NCBI GenBank assembly: GCA_951406725.2
Contig: OX597817.1
Coordinates: 105,772,001 to 105,836,000, forward strand
DNA from: Octopus vulgaris
Taxonomy: Eukaryota
Reading direction: 5' to 3'
DNA: 64,000 nucleotides
The notes below the pieces were generated by a model. It did not search any database and was not told the origin of the DNA. It was given only the letters and a program-made list of their open reading frames with translations. A program made the position numbers and the translations under genes. Shown piece by piece: positions 1-12,812 of the stretch. The first letter of the stretch is position 1. Every line of letters starts with the position of its first letter.

Positions 1-663
1 GTGATGGTTTGTTGCCAACTTAACGTGGCAGTCCCAGGAAAGGGAAGAATGCTACTGCTATTTAACCCTAGGAAACATCGTTTCCAGTTGGCTACGTGAC
101 ACAAGCGTTCTGTGTCCTTAAGTTTTTAAACAGAGGAGATATATTATAATCATTATACATATAATCCTTATACGTGCGTAGCATTATCTGATATTACCCA
201 CAATGGCAAAAGTATATTCCCAATAGTATCCGACATATGACACGTGTACACTCTTGATATAATCTTTATTCAGATAAAGAGATATTAAATTCTGAAGAAA
301 AGGTAATGATAGTTGCTTGAATTCGGGAACTTTACAGTTGCCCTGTTTGCCGGTGTATAAGATTCGCTCTAACAGAAGACAAGCCCTTACATTTCTGTGG
401 AAAAAAAAAAAAGTATATATAGCGGCAAAAAACTAATTTAGTACGTTTCATAATACACTCTTACGCGCATACACTCAGTATCTCATCCATAATACGGTCG
501 CATTAGACGTATAGCAAGGTTTTGTTACATTTAAGAATGCACATCTTATACACCAGCATATATTGCATGTGAACTCGAACAAATGAGAATGTGAAAACAG
601 AACATGAAACAACAATGACTCTAGGAACAAATGGTCGCTTCTGAATGGCATGGTGGAATGATT

Positions 664-1383
664 TTACTTTTTTTCATATAAGTGAGAATATTTAGTTGTG
701 TGTGTGTGTGGGGGGGGGAGCAAAGTAAATTCAAGTGGGGTTGAGAATAAATTAGAGTTTGACACTTTGGTGACATTATATTCAAAGAGGGATTCCATTA
801 ACGCTTTATTCAAAACACAAGATGGATTTTTTTCTGAAGCCAGCCGCAATTTCAGTGACAGGCTTGACATTAATGGTTCCTGTGATTTTAGGAATGTCTC
901 TGAAATGTTATGTAATATATTCATTCTTTACCAACACATAATACTACAAATTTACGTATTATTATGTATGTATTCATATGTATGCCTTTTGTATGTATAG
1001 TTGTATTTATTTATGTGTGTATGCATACTTGTATGCGTGTAGCCATTTATGTACGTACATATCTCTATATATTTATGAATGTGTGTGTATACGTGTGTGT
1101 TTGTGTGTACATACATACATATATACATACATACATACATATATACATGTATGTATATGAGTAGGTAGGTATGTACTAGAAGTTCTCCCAAACTTAGGAG
1201 GTTTATCTTCATCAGGAGGGGTGTGGTGCACGCCCAGTCCGTCCTGAGTCTTGCTAAACTTCGGTTTCTAGTCGATCCACATATCTCAAATCCACCGTCG
1301 CTGCCCTTATGGACATACATACGTCCCAGTGAAAACCTCAATAAAGGTCATAGAGGTCAGCTGTCCTGCTGATGTGAATATCT
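664..1383 (-). pseudogene. Paralogous unit A: MS exon (1383 to ~1205, in-frame stops) and 3' exon (899-664)
   Basis: Acceptors tctttgatttttaaag (1383) and catttcag (899). The 3' exon is open in phase 1 and reads SLKLRLASEKNP..ESLFEYNV versus GLKLPPKNKKNP..DSLEDNL in unit E. The first exon MSIRAATVDLRYVDRLETEV* has premature stops. Confidence 0.4.
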
Positions 1384-1770
1384 CTTTAAAAATCAAAGAG
1401 AAAGAAGATAACTTTGGCCAACTGCTTCGAAAACCCCAGCTTCTATATCCGGATTGCAAATTTACATTTATACCAATAATAATGGAGCACTTGGTTTTGT
1501 AAGTAAATGCCTAACTATCAGTCTGGATAAACTTCGATTTTTCAGAAGAAATCAACCAAGTGACTCGCACATTACAAATACAATCTAAGCGGTACAGTCA
1601 AACTACGCAAGACTTTTCTCAGGTTTAAAATATGACATCGTTTTCGTTATCTACATTCGGACGATGAAGCTTTGTACATTTGTTAGAAACCAGCTACTTC
1701 TTCAAAGGAAGATTTTAAATGATTATAAACAAAAAAGAACACACATAATATATATGTTTATATATATATA

Positions 1771-1966
1771 TATTTTATAGAAGGAGCTTCTACAGGACTA
1801 GAACTGTTTCATTCAAATGAAATCATCATCTAGCTTCCTGATGATTTCATTTGAATGAAACAGTTCTAGTCCTGTAGAAGCTCCTTCTATAAAATAAATT
1901 AATTTACTCTGCTATGTATTGAGTACCTTATTTACTGTGGTTAACCCCGACTCAACCCGGGACCTA
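1771..1966 (+). mobile_element. TA-flanked Penelope-like terminal-repeat fragment forming a perfect 58-bp hairpin, with a hammerhead-like core
   Basis: 1771-1828 is the exact reverse complement of 1839-1896. CTGATGA (1838) .. GAAAC .. GTC (1871). Confidence 0.55.
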
Positions 1967-1983
1967 CATATATATATATATAT

Positions 1984-2118
1984 AAACTGAAGGATTACGA
2001 TATCTTGTACAGAATTCTTAGTGTATATTTTATCAACAAAGTAGCGTTAAGATTATAGTGGCTGTTGAAATTATCTCGGATATTTTAAAAATAGTTTTGA
2101 ACATCACAAAAATGTGCA

Positions 2119-2155
<37 letters not shown>

Positions 2156-2212
2156 CTTCAAATATTATATACATACATACATATAAATATCTGTGTGTAT
2201 ATATATGTGTGC

Positions 2213-2254
<42 letters not shown>

Positions 2255-2323
2255 CGCACACATACGTACATACACACAGATGCATTTAATTATGTATGTA
2301 TGTATGTATTATATAATATTTGA

Positions 2324-2360
<37 letters not shown>

Positions 2361-2498
2361 CATGCACATTTTTTGTGATGTTCAAAACTATTTTTAAAAT
2401 ATCCGAGATAATTTCAACAGCCACTATAATCTTAACGCTACTTTGTTGATAAAATATACACTAAGAATTCTGTAAAAGATATCGTAATCCTTCAGTTT
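1984..2498. repeat. Near-perfect inverted duplication (~140-bp unique arms plus mirrored TA/TATG interior)
   Basis: 1984-2122 reverse-complements 2359-2498, with about one substitution and one homopolymer difference. Confidence 0.9.
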
Positions 2499-3029
2499 GT
2501 TTTATCAGTATTCAGTGAAGAAGAAGGTGTAATATATACGATGTTAAAAATGAAGTCTGGTATGGAGTACACGGAATTTCGGGGAGTTAAGTGATATCTG
2601 AGTGGAGTGAGAGTGGAAATGAATTACTAAGTATGAATTAGAATACTTACCAAATGATATTACTTTCCTAGCTCTCACTCTCTCACTTTAAAGTTAAAGT
2701 AAATTTAAATTAAAGTTACTTCCATCTCATTTTCCATACAACAGTCAAACTCACATAAAAAACTGTGTACATAGTGACTCACGCGTACACACATACAAGT
2801 CTATAAATTGCGGTAGTCTTTTCTTTCTTTTTTACTTGTTTCAGTCATCGAAATGCGGACATACTGAAGCACCTCTTCAAGAGTCTTATTTCCATTACGT
2901 GTGTGTGTGTGTAAGGAAACAATAAAGTTCAAACTAGAAACGTTAACTACCCAGCACAAAAAGATTTATATGAGACAAAATAACAAATTAAAATAAAAAT
3001 CAAAACGGTATGCCGAAATATATTATAGA

Positions 3030-3790
3030 ATATGGAAAGAAAAACCATTCCATGGCCTATATTCCGCAAAATTGAACAGAGAAGAAGTAGTCAGAGTAAA
3101 AAATAGCAATGTCTCAAAAATTCTGAGCTAAAAGTAGGAACAGAAAGTTTGATTTTAGCTGTAGGGAACCAATCAATGCCTAACCACAAACAATTATGAA
3201 TAGAAAACATTGAAAACAGATGCGAACCAATCCAGACTATGCAGCCAGTGCAATGAGACAACGGACAGCATCATTTCCGATTGGGTAGTCCTAGCCAATT
3301 TCGAATATACTCACAAACAGGATGAAATCGGTAGTTATGTTCACTGGGCAATATTCCAGCATCTCGATGTGAAGACCAAAACAATAGTATAAATATGTAC
3401 CAAACACAGTATATGATAACAACCTGGCCATAATGATCTTGAACATGCCCATTCCGACGGAGGTAGAGATCATGGCATGATGTTCAGATATTATTATTAA
3501 GAGCTGGAATGAAAATGTTTGTACTCTGAGAGATATCTCTGTCCCTTTTGACCAAAACATTTCCCGAAAAAGGTGCAAAAACTAACTGTCAAATTTCAAA
3601 GACCTAGAAGCTGAAATAATCATGATGTGGGGCATGAGAACAGTACCAAAAATAATTGTAGTGCAGAATATGATAAAAAATGCATGAGCAAAAGCATAAA
3701 AACTGTACGAGAGCTCACAACTCAGTAAGTTGCCTATATTCCACGACCTGAAAATTCCGCGGGAACGACTATTGATGCCACATTCGCTAC
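3030..3790 (+). mobile_element. Degraded R4/Dong-type non-LTR retrotransposon 3' region (zinc knuckle + REL endonuclease)
   Basis: Translated pieces ELKVGTESLILA, RLCSQCNETTDSIIS, YVHWAI, DISVPFD, FKDLEAEI..MWG, with many stops and frameshifts. Confidence 0.8.
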
Positions 3791-5124
3791 TAATATCCTC
3801 TACCAAATCTTCTACAGCAGATATAGGCAACCTTGTTAGAGAAACAAGCTGCATGAGACATGGTTCATCATCATGCGGGCCGCACTACTGAAAAGATTCG
3901 AGATAATTTTTTGCTTGGTATGCTATTCAAAGAGTCCCATGGGCTGCAGTTTGCTCATGACTGGTCTATAAAATCCGAGAACTGACTTTCCATCGACCAC
4001 ATAGCGACAGTTTAAGACTAGTGGGAACTTTTATCACGAGAGTGTATATTTCCTGAATGCTCTCCAAAAGAAGAAAAACTCTTTAACACACTTTTTAAGT
4101 ATCAGTGAGTCCAAAAGAGACAAAGGAAAGAAGAAAAACGCAACATTTGTTGAAGGGTAACACTGATGTATTTAGGAAATGCACTGATGCATTTTTGAAA
4201 TGTTATTGCTCTTTACATGGATGTAATTTATGCATTACTAATGTCCATACCGGTCGGTGATCGGACAGTCAACGCGTGTAAGCAAACACTACAAAAGCTC
4301 AAGTCATCATATCAGCAAATGTAGACCTTGAAGGGAGAAGACATGTCGTTGAGGCGGTCGTGAATAGCGAAAAAATGACTTCGACAAACGAACAACCGAT
4401 AGACCAATCCAGTTGTTATACACACAAAAATAACAAACAATGCAAAAACTGTTTTGCATTATTCGTCGGTTCAAAGGTAAAGAAAAAGGGGAATATATGA
4501 ATTAATGCAATAAATTTATCTGAATTAAATGAAGTACAAAGAAACAAATAAACTTGTTTAAGCTTGTTTATGTCATATATTTCGTTCTATAGTAAAGGTT
4601 CTTAAAGGCATAACACTTGAACACATCTCGTGACTGGTATGATAATAACGCTTTCTGTTATAAGCACAAGCTCTGTAATTTTGGGGGAGGTGTAGTCGAT
4701 TACATCGACGCCATTGCTCATTTAGTACTTACTTCATCGACTTCGAAAAAATGAAAGACAAAGTCGATTTCAGTGGAGTTTGAACACAGAGCGTAAAGAC
4801 TTTGGAAAATTACTGCTAAGCATTTTGTGCGACATACTAAGAGTTCTGCTAGCTCGCCGTCCTATAATAATAATAATTTTCATAGACATAAAGCCAACCA
4901 GAAATTTCAGGGAAGGAAGGTCGATTAAATTGCCATCAATACTTAAATAGCATTTCGAAAAAATGACAGGTAAAAAGTAGCTTCGACGGGATTTGATCTT
5001 CAAGCGTATAGAACCAAAACAAATATCGTAAAGCGTGTTGTCCTATACTCTAACGATTCTACCAATCTACCCTTGTGTGTTTATGTTTGTGTGTGTGTGT
5101 TAGTATCTGTGTGTGTGTGTACTT

Positions 5125-5465
5125 TGATTATTGATGGAAGGACTGAAATGCACACCTACACCTACTGTCAATTGGAGGAAAATATCCAAAACTTTTGTCA
5201 AAAACTACGACTTGTGGAGTTTTTTATTGATAAAAATAATGAGAATGACGAATCCTTGGCGAAAAATAAATCAACATTTAACCCACCAAAAGGACGAAAT
5301 ACACATCTAGATCAGTTCATTGATATCCTCTTCAGATTTCCACTGAGGCATAACATCAACGTCAGACCAAAATTTAAAAACTAGAAAAGTCGGCCCTCAT
5401 ACGTCTTAAAAATGACAACACAATTGTCATCAAACCAGCGGATAAAGGGAGTGCCATTGTTATAA
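5125..5465 (+). mobile_element. Penelope-like element ORF fragment (pre-RT region)
   Basis: FCQKLRLVEFF..KSTFNPPKGRNTHLDQFID followed by the hallmark IVIKPADKG. Confidence 0.8.
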
Positions 5466-5472
5466 GCCTGTC

Positions 5473-5514
<42 letters not shown>

Positions 5515-5753
5515 TTGTTATTTGTGTCTGTATTTGTTCCCCCAGCATCGCTTGACAACCGATGTTAGTGTGTTTACATTCCCGTAACATAGCGGTTTGG
5601 CAAAAAGTCACCGATAGAATAAGTACTAGGCTTACAAAGAGTAAGTCCTGGGGTCGATTTGTTGTACTAAAGGTGGTGCCCCAGCATGGCCGCAGTCAAA
5701 TAACTGAAGCAAATAAAAGAATATATAATTATGTATGTGTGTGTGTGTGTGTG

Positions 5754-5810
<57 letters not shown>

Positions 5811-6227
5811 TCTCAATACTTGACAACAGCTGTTATTTGTTAAGTAAGTAGAGTAAGTATCGGATTTAAAAAAATAATGTTTTGGGCACGATTTTTTTTC
5901 ACAACAATCTCCCAAGGCATTATCTCAGCATAGTCGCTGTCCAATGACTGAAACAAATAAAAAATAAAAGTTTCTATGAACGCTCTTATTTCTATTTTGA
6001 TGCATAAGCTTATAGATTTTTCTTAACGTTGTTTTATTGCATTAATGATTCCGTTAACGATTCTGTGTCATAGATGAGGTTGTTTAAACAGTAATACTTG
6101 AACTTGTTTCATTATGCTTCAAATGGATTGCAATCCTCACTCAATAAAAAAGCAAAACTTACACACCACATACTCTACAGAATCATCATGCAGTAACATA
6201 ACACGACACAAACTCGTATATAATCGA

Positions 6228-6740
6228 CTAGCAGTATCGCCCGGCGTTGCTCGGGTTTGTAAGGGAAATAACTATATAAGCATTTTCAGAGAGTTACTTC
6301 CCTTATATATGCCAATTCGGGCTTTCTTAGCCATTTCTGTTTTGGTGTCTTCAAGCCATGAAGTCGTTCTTCTAAAAGAACGCTGGTCTCCTTGACAACG
6401 CTTTACGACGTTGATTTCCTTACACTCCCTTCCCCACAGCTTCACGAGAGAGGGAAGAAGGGGGAGAAGCAAACAGGTGCAGGTGTGACCATGGACGCCA
6501 ACTCCGCCGCCATCGACACACGAAAAATTATGCATTAAAATGGAATAAAAAATGATGTTAAATTATTTTTAAAATCGTAGACTCATCGTAGACGCGCGCT
6601 AATACTTAGACGGGCTTGATATGAACCACGACTATAAGATACCCGAATTTGGTTAAACTGCACCGCAAAATGTGGGAGTAGTTAGGAATCTAAATCGAAG
6701 GGGACAGACACTCACACAACTACAGTTTTATATATATAGA
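6228..6740 (-). mobile_element. Intact non-autonomous Helitron (513 bp)
   Basis: On the minus strand it starts 5'-TC, ends with hairpin cccgagcaacgccggg followed by CTAG-3', and sits between host A and T with no target duplication. Confidence 0.85.
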
Positions 6741-6829
6741 TATGTAATGCTATAACAATCCCACACGTCACCAGCAGCTCGTACAACTCACATACTATAC
6801 AATTTCCATTCAATAGTAAATACATATAC

Positions 6830-7410
6830 CCAGGCCTATTCCCCATTTTTTAGGAGTGGGTAGCCACAAGACACACACCAGACATTCCATTCATTTCCCA
6901 GCTCGAAGATGCGAGCCCCGTCCTATGCTCGGGTCAAGGCATAGAACACAATCCCCAATATTAGCAGCAGGGCCCGACAGCATATGTTGGTTTACCCCCG
7001 CCGCATCATACTGGTTCCGTGCCTCTTTGAGCAACTTCAAATTCACTCATCCGTCTACAAACACTCTCCATGCTTTCCTATCATTTATAAACTCTTTTGT
7101 CTCTCTCATTCCAACACATCTAACCACCAAAGCTTTCCTCACTCCATCCATTCACAGAAACCAAGGTCTGCCTCTGGTTCTGCTGCCTACCACTTCTGCC
7201 TTCATCATCCTCCTTACCCTTCGCTCCTCATCCATCCTCTCCATGTGGCCAAACCACCTCAACATTCGTCTATCCATTTTGGTTGTTAGTTTTTCTCTCA
7301 TTCCTTCTCGCCTTCGCACTTCCTCATTCCTCATCCTGTCCATCCATGTCACACCAACCGTAGCCTTCAAACATCTCATCTCAAACAGATCTAGTCGCCG
7401 CCTAGTAATT
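6830..7410 (-). mobile_element. RTE (BovB-like) LINE 3' fragment
   Basis: MRCLKATVGVTWMDRMRNEEVRRR..MLRWFGHMERMDEERRVRR..RGRP, the RTE C-terminal signature. Confidence 0.9.
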
Positions 7411-7539
7411 TCTTATTCCTAAAATGATACGAAGAAGACTGTTCAATAGTATGTATCACAAACCACATAGAAGAATGGGTGCCCAATCACCTCTCGACAC
7501 TATAAAATATAGCATTTAACATCACGTAAACAACACATA

Positions 7540-8200
7540 AAGTGCATTCCAGAGGTTTTGAGACATTTTTCAGGAAAGACAATAATTTCAAAATAGAATC
7601 ATCTGATTTCAACAGACTTGTAGCGCTCCAGCCACTTCGTGAAGGCTCCATGGAAGTCCTCCAAAGTGAACGTGTCCAGAACTCTTGTCACGGCCTCCTT
7701 CACCTTTTCCTTCATCTTGGGGGAACTACTAAAAGTCGCAGGGAGCAAGGTCTGGATTGTAAGGAGGGTAAGGGACAGTAGTTGGTTATTAGGATGAAAT
7801 TGTGAACTGGTTCATTGTGCTGGTATAGCCGCTCTGGCCTTTTGTGACGAAATCTCTTACCGAACTCCCTCCAAATCTCTATTTAGTACTCTTTGTTGAA
7901 CGTCTGGCCAGAAGGAACACAGTGCTGTTGAAAAAGAGCATCATTATGAGCTTCCTGGTGGACTTGCTTTGTCTGGTATCTTGTACCAGCGAAAAACAGA
8001 TGCTTGGCTCGTACAAGTTAATCCATAAACTGCCTGGGGTATTTCATATGCTTCTGTAGCGTTTTGCTAAGTTTAACACAAAACTTTGTTGCATAGCGAA
8101 CTTCCAAATTGTCTTCACGTCTCGTTTGTATTTTGCAAACTAGTCAGTTGTGACAAGCAGTGTTTAGTAGAGTGTGTTCAAAGTATCTTGCGGCCGTCTC
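7540..8200 (-). mobile_element. Internally deleted mariner relic
   Basis: Minus strand gives PYNPDLAPCDF..FPKMK..EAVTRVLDTFTLEDFHGAFTKWLERY. Confidence 0.7.
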
Positions 8201-8499
8201 CTTCAATCTGAAATAACAAAAGTTGGCAGGTCAGCTTGTTAGATGTATTGTAATGATATACTAAAATTACAATAATCTAGGACTGTTATAATTGCTTTCC
8301 ACCCCCCACAAAAAAAATTTCGAAACTTATGGAATGTACCATGCATAGTACAAGTTTTATTTGACAAAATAATATTGGAAAGAAAATCTAAAATAACAAA
8401 ATACAAAAAAAAAAACTTTAGATAAGCAAAATTGCTATAGCATACACACTCGGTTCCATACTCCTCAAATTCATCGCTATACACGCCTTAGAAACACGG

Positions 8500-9208
8500 T
8501 ACAGCATCTACATGATGATGATGATAAGGATGACCGAGGATGATGACAGCAGCAAAGCCACCAGTTTTGAGGGGAAGGGATTGGTCCTCTCCTCCTCCTC
8601 CTCCTCATCATCATCATCATCATCATGAACATTATGATCATCATCATCATTGATATTATTATTGTTTTTATGAAAAAGGCATCGAGCTGACAAAATCGCT
8701 AGCACGCCAGACAAAATGCTTAGCGGCATTTCGTCCGTCTTTACGTTCTGAGTTCAAATTCCGTCGAGGTCGACTTTGCCTTTCATCTTTTCGGGCTCGA
8801 TAAAATAAGTACGAATTGAACACTGGGGTTGATGTTATTGACTCTTCCCCTCCCCCCAAATTGCTGCTCTTGTGGCAAAATTTGAAACAATTATTATTAT
8901 TACTATTATCATCGTAAGAAATAATTATTATGAAGGCGGTGAGTTGGCAGAATCGTTAGCACGTTGGGCAATATGCTTAGCGGCATTTCGTCTGTCATTA
9001 CGTTCTGAGTTCAAATTACGCCGAAGTCGACTTTGTCTTTCATCCTTTCGGGGTCGATAAAATAAGTACCCGTTGAACACTAGAGTCGATGTAATCGACT
9101 AAACTTCTCTTCCAAAACTGCTGGCCTTGTGACAAAATTTGAAATCATAATTATTATTATGAAGGTGATGAGCTGGCGGAATCTATAGCCCTCAAAATTG
9201 CGGGCGTT

Positions 9209-9272
<64 letters not shown>

Positions 9273-9446
9273 TAATTAATATTAATAATAATATCAATAA
9301 TGATAATGATAATTTCTACTATAGGCACAAAGCCTGGAATTTGTGGGGTGGGAGTAAGTCGATCACTTCGACCCCAGTACCTGACTGGTACTTAATTTAT
9401 CGACCCCGAAAGGATGAAAGGCAAAGTCAACGTCGGAATAATAATA

Positions 9447-9491
<45 letters not shown>

Positions 9492-9955
9492 GCCCTGATA
9501 CAGTATATGCCCTAATGCAGTACATGCCCTGATGCAGTACCAGGCAGTGGCTCTCATGGCTTCTGATCTTAACTGATTGGAAGTGTTGTCATGTACATTG
9601 TTTCGTCTTGGTATAAAAGGTGGGCCACAGCAAATAATGGTGTTATTTAGATTGGCTTATCCCATTACTAAGGTTTAGAAAGAGAACGTGTTCCACTTGG
9701 CTATGCTACTTGGTAAGAATTTAGAGGCGACAAGAGAGATATACATCTCAAGGGCCTTAAGTAGTCAATTATGTGGAACACTATCAAACGCTTTCCTGTA
9801 GTCTATCCATGCCATACTCTAGTTCTTTTTGCTCCGGCAATTCTCTACGATCATTTTACATATGAGTGATTGATCTTTGCACTCATAAGAATTCCTTTTA
9901 CAGCCCTTTTCGAGCTTGTGAAAAGATAGACTTCTGTTCTCTTGTTGCTGTTGTT

Positions 9956-9995
<40 letters not shown>

Positions 9996-10259
9996 CCATC
10001 GTCGTCGCCGTCGATGTTATTATTGTTGTTATTATTATTAAGGCAGCGAGCTGGCAGAATCGTTAGCAAGCTGGACAAAATGTTTAGTCATATTTCGTCC
10101 GTCTTAAAGTTGAGTTCCAGTGCTACCGGGTTCGACATTGCCATTCATCCTTTTGGGGTCGATAAATTAAGTACTAGTGAAACACTGGGGTCGATGTAAT
10201 CGACTAGTCCCCGTCCCCAAATTTTCAGGCCTTTTGCTTTTAGTGGATAATAATAATAA

Positions 10260-10324
<65 letters not shown>

Positions 10325-10991
10325 TGCCCCGATGCTGTATCAGGCAGTGGTTCTCATGGTTTCTGATCTTAACTGATTGGAAGTGTTATTATGTACTTTG
10401 TTTCGTCTCCGTATAAAAGATGGGCTGCGACAAATATTTTGCTCAATACCACAGATTTGATTGACAGTTGTTTGACCTTATCTAGTTGAGCATGTCCCTT
10501 TGTGGCTGACGATATGTGCATCTCTGATCTACGAGCAGAAGTAGTGGAGGAGCATCATAGCCATGTGTCGAGAGGAATTTTTTGGGGTGTGGATAATTCT
10601 CCTCTGGAAACATGGGTGTTTTGTTCATCATCCTTAAGCAATCCATATTCAAGGACCTTTTGAGCGGGATGGGCTACTCGACCTGATGAAAATTCTAACT
10701 GGAACCCACCTGCAAGGTCATGCGCTGTTTATTTTTATATGATGCCAATATGTCACGCACATATGGTTGTGATTCGTGTGCCTGGTCTGCTCAAGGCCCT
10801 TGAGATATATATCTCTCCTGTCGTCTGTAAATTCTTATATATCTCTCCTGTCGTCTGTAAATTCGTAGCATAGCCAGTGGAACACACGTCTCTTATCAGA
10901 CAAGTAGTCATAATGGGTATACTAGGGTTTGTATATTTTACCCCAGTACAACTTTGATGGCATACACTGTTCTCTCACTCAATAATCATTA

Positions 10992-11055
<64 letters not shown>

Positions 11056-11328
11056 AAGGTGGCGAACTGGCAGAATCGTTAGCACGCCGGTCAAAATGCT
11101 TAGCGGTATTTGGTCCGTCCTTACGTTCAGAGTTCAAATTCCGTCGAGGTTAACGTTGCCTCTCACCCTTTCGAGGTCGATAAAATGACTACCAGTATAG
11201 TACTGGGGTCGATGTAATCAGCTAATACCCTTCCTCCATATTTCAGGTCTTATGCCTTCAGTAAAAAGCATTGTCTTTGCATTGTCCACCTCATCCTTCG
11301 CCCTTGTTGTAAATAAATGAAATTATTA

Positions 11329-11387
<59 letters not shown>

Positions 11388-11636
11388 TAGTATATTTTTT
11401 ATATCGTGCTTTCACTTCACGACCGAGCGCAGCTCTGTGTGCCTTGGGTATGTGCTGTGATTTGTTGTGATGCTCTGATGGTTATTGTATGGAAAGTGTT
11501 CTGCGTAGGATGTGTGCAGTGCCTAGTAGTGCAATTTTCTGTATGTGTTTGTAAGTCCTGGTGTTTTTGTTATGTATTTGTCTGAATATTTTTTTATCAT
11601 GCCTAATGCACCTATTATGATAGAATTCTTCTTCTT

Positions 11637-11667
<31 letters not shown>

Positions 11668-11704
11668 TTATTATTCTTATTATTCTTCTTCTTATTATTA
11701 TTAT

Positions 11705-11738
<34 letters not shown>

Positions 11739-12500
11739 TGTAGTAGTTGTAGTAGTAGTAGTTCATAAATGGCAGCTACACCACCCAGCGAAGATGTGCA
11801 TCTCATTGTCTTTTGCAAGTGTATTCCATAATAGGTTTGAGAAAAACATGTGTATCCTTACCGACTATTTGTAGTATACCTGTTCTTGATTGCAGAGAGA
11901 TGAAAAGATACTTTGACATAGGCGGGGTTTGAATGATTGAACCGTTGGCTCTGAACTCATTACCAGTAATGTCTTAGTTATGATAAGAAATATAAGGAAA
12001 GACAAGAAGAAAAAGAAGAAGAAGAAGAAGAAGAAGAAGAAGAAGAAGAAGAAGAAGAAGAAGAAGAAGAAGAAGAAGAAGAAGAAACGAGAAAAATAAC
12101 TCAGGTAATGATGATGATGATGGTGATGATGATGATGAGGAGGAGGAGGAGGGGGACTATGACACTGAAGAAGAAGGACGAGATGATGATGAAGAAGAAG
12201 AAGAAGAAGAAGAAACGAGAAAAATAACTCAGGTAATGATAACGACGATGATGATGATGATGATGGAGAAGAAGAAGAAGAAGAAGAAACGAGAAAAATA
12301 ACTCAGGAAATGATGACGATGAGGATGATGATGATGATGATGAGGAGGAGGACTATGACGCTGAAGAAGAAGGACGAGATGATGATGATGATGAAGAAGA
12401 AGAAGAAGGACGAGATGATGAAGAAGAAGAAGAAGAAGAAGAAGAAGAAGAAGAAGAAGAAGAAGAAGAAAATGATGATGATGATGATGTAGAAAATACA
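8500..12500. repeat. Trinucleotide microsatellite cluster (TAA, CAT, GAA, TAG) interleaved with SINEs and LINE 3' ends
   Basis: SINE copies at ~8675-8895, 8932-9150, 9310-9440, 10040-10250 and 11056-11270. TAA-flanked repeat at 9490-9850 and 10325-10985. Confidence 0.9.
11385..11625 (-). mobile_element. R4/Dong LINE 3' end with (TAA)n tail
   Basis: IIIGALGMIKKYSDKYITKTPGL..LGTAHILRRTLSIQ*, then UTR and TAA repeats. Confidence 0.8.
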
Positions 12501-12812
12501 GAGTTTCTTGTCGATCAAATGTGACTAGAATTAATAAAGAAACTGATGAAGGCGGAGGAGATCATTAAGGAAGCAATTATGAGACACTAGAATGTTTGAT
12601 GTACCGACATAACTTGGTCATGAAAGAAATTACTGATTTCAAATTCTAACAGAACCTATCATCTTTAGATAGTTTTGTCTTTGGTCCGCTAGAAGAGAGT
12701 GTAATATTATCATTTGGGTCACGTCAAGGTGGAAAATAAAAAACGTTTTGGTTAGTAGATTGCTTTTGATGAGGTTACAGCCAGACCAGTTGATGGGTGC
12801 TGTTTTTGACAT
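11790..12812 (-). pseudogene. Paralogous unit B: MSK exon 12812-12656 and degenerate 3' exon ~11960-11790
   Basis: TTG ATG TCA AAA ACA GCA CCC ATC (MSKTAPI) is open to a phase-1 GT at 12655, and its 3' end resembles the unit C exon end. The downstream segment ttatggaatacactt resembles taatggaatccctct of unit A. Confidence 0.3.

Noticed and set aside
698-1000. Plus-strand 100-aa ORF
   Set aside because: Starts in a GT microsatellite, lacks splice support and is the antisense shadow of the minus-strand exon.
1205-1383. Rescue of in-frame stops by A-to-I editing (stop to Trp)
   Set aside because: Several stops of different types plus a lost donor; ordinary pseudogenisation is simpler and nothing in the DNA supports editing.
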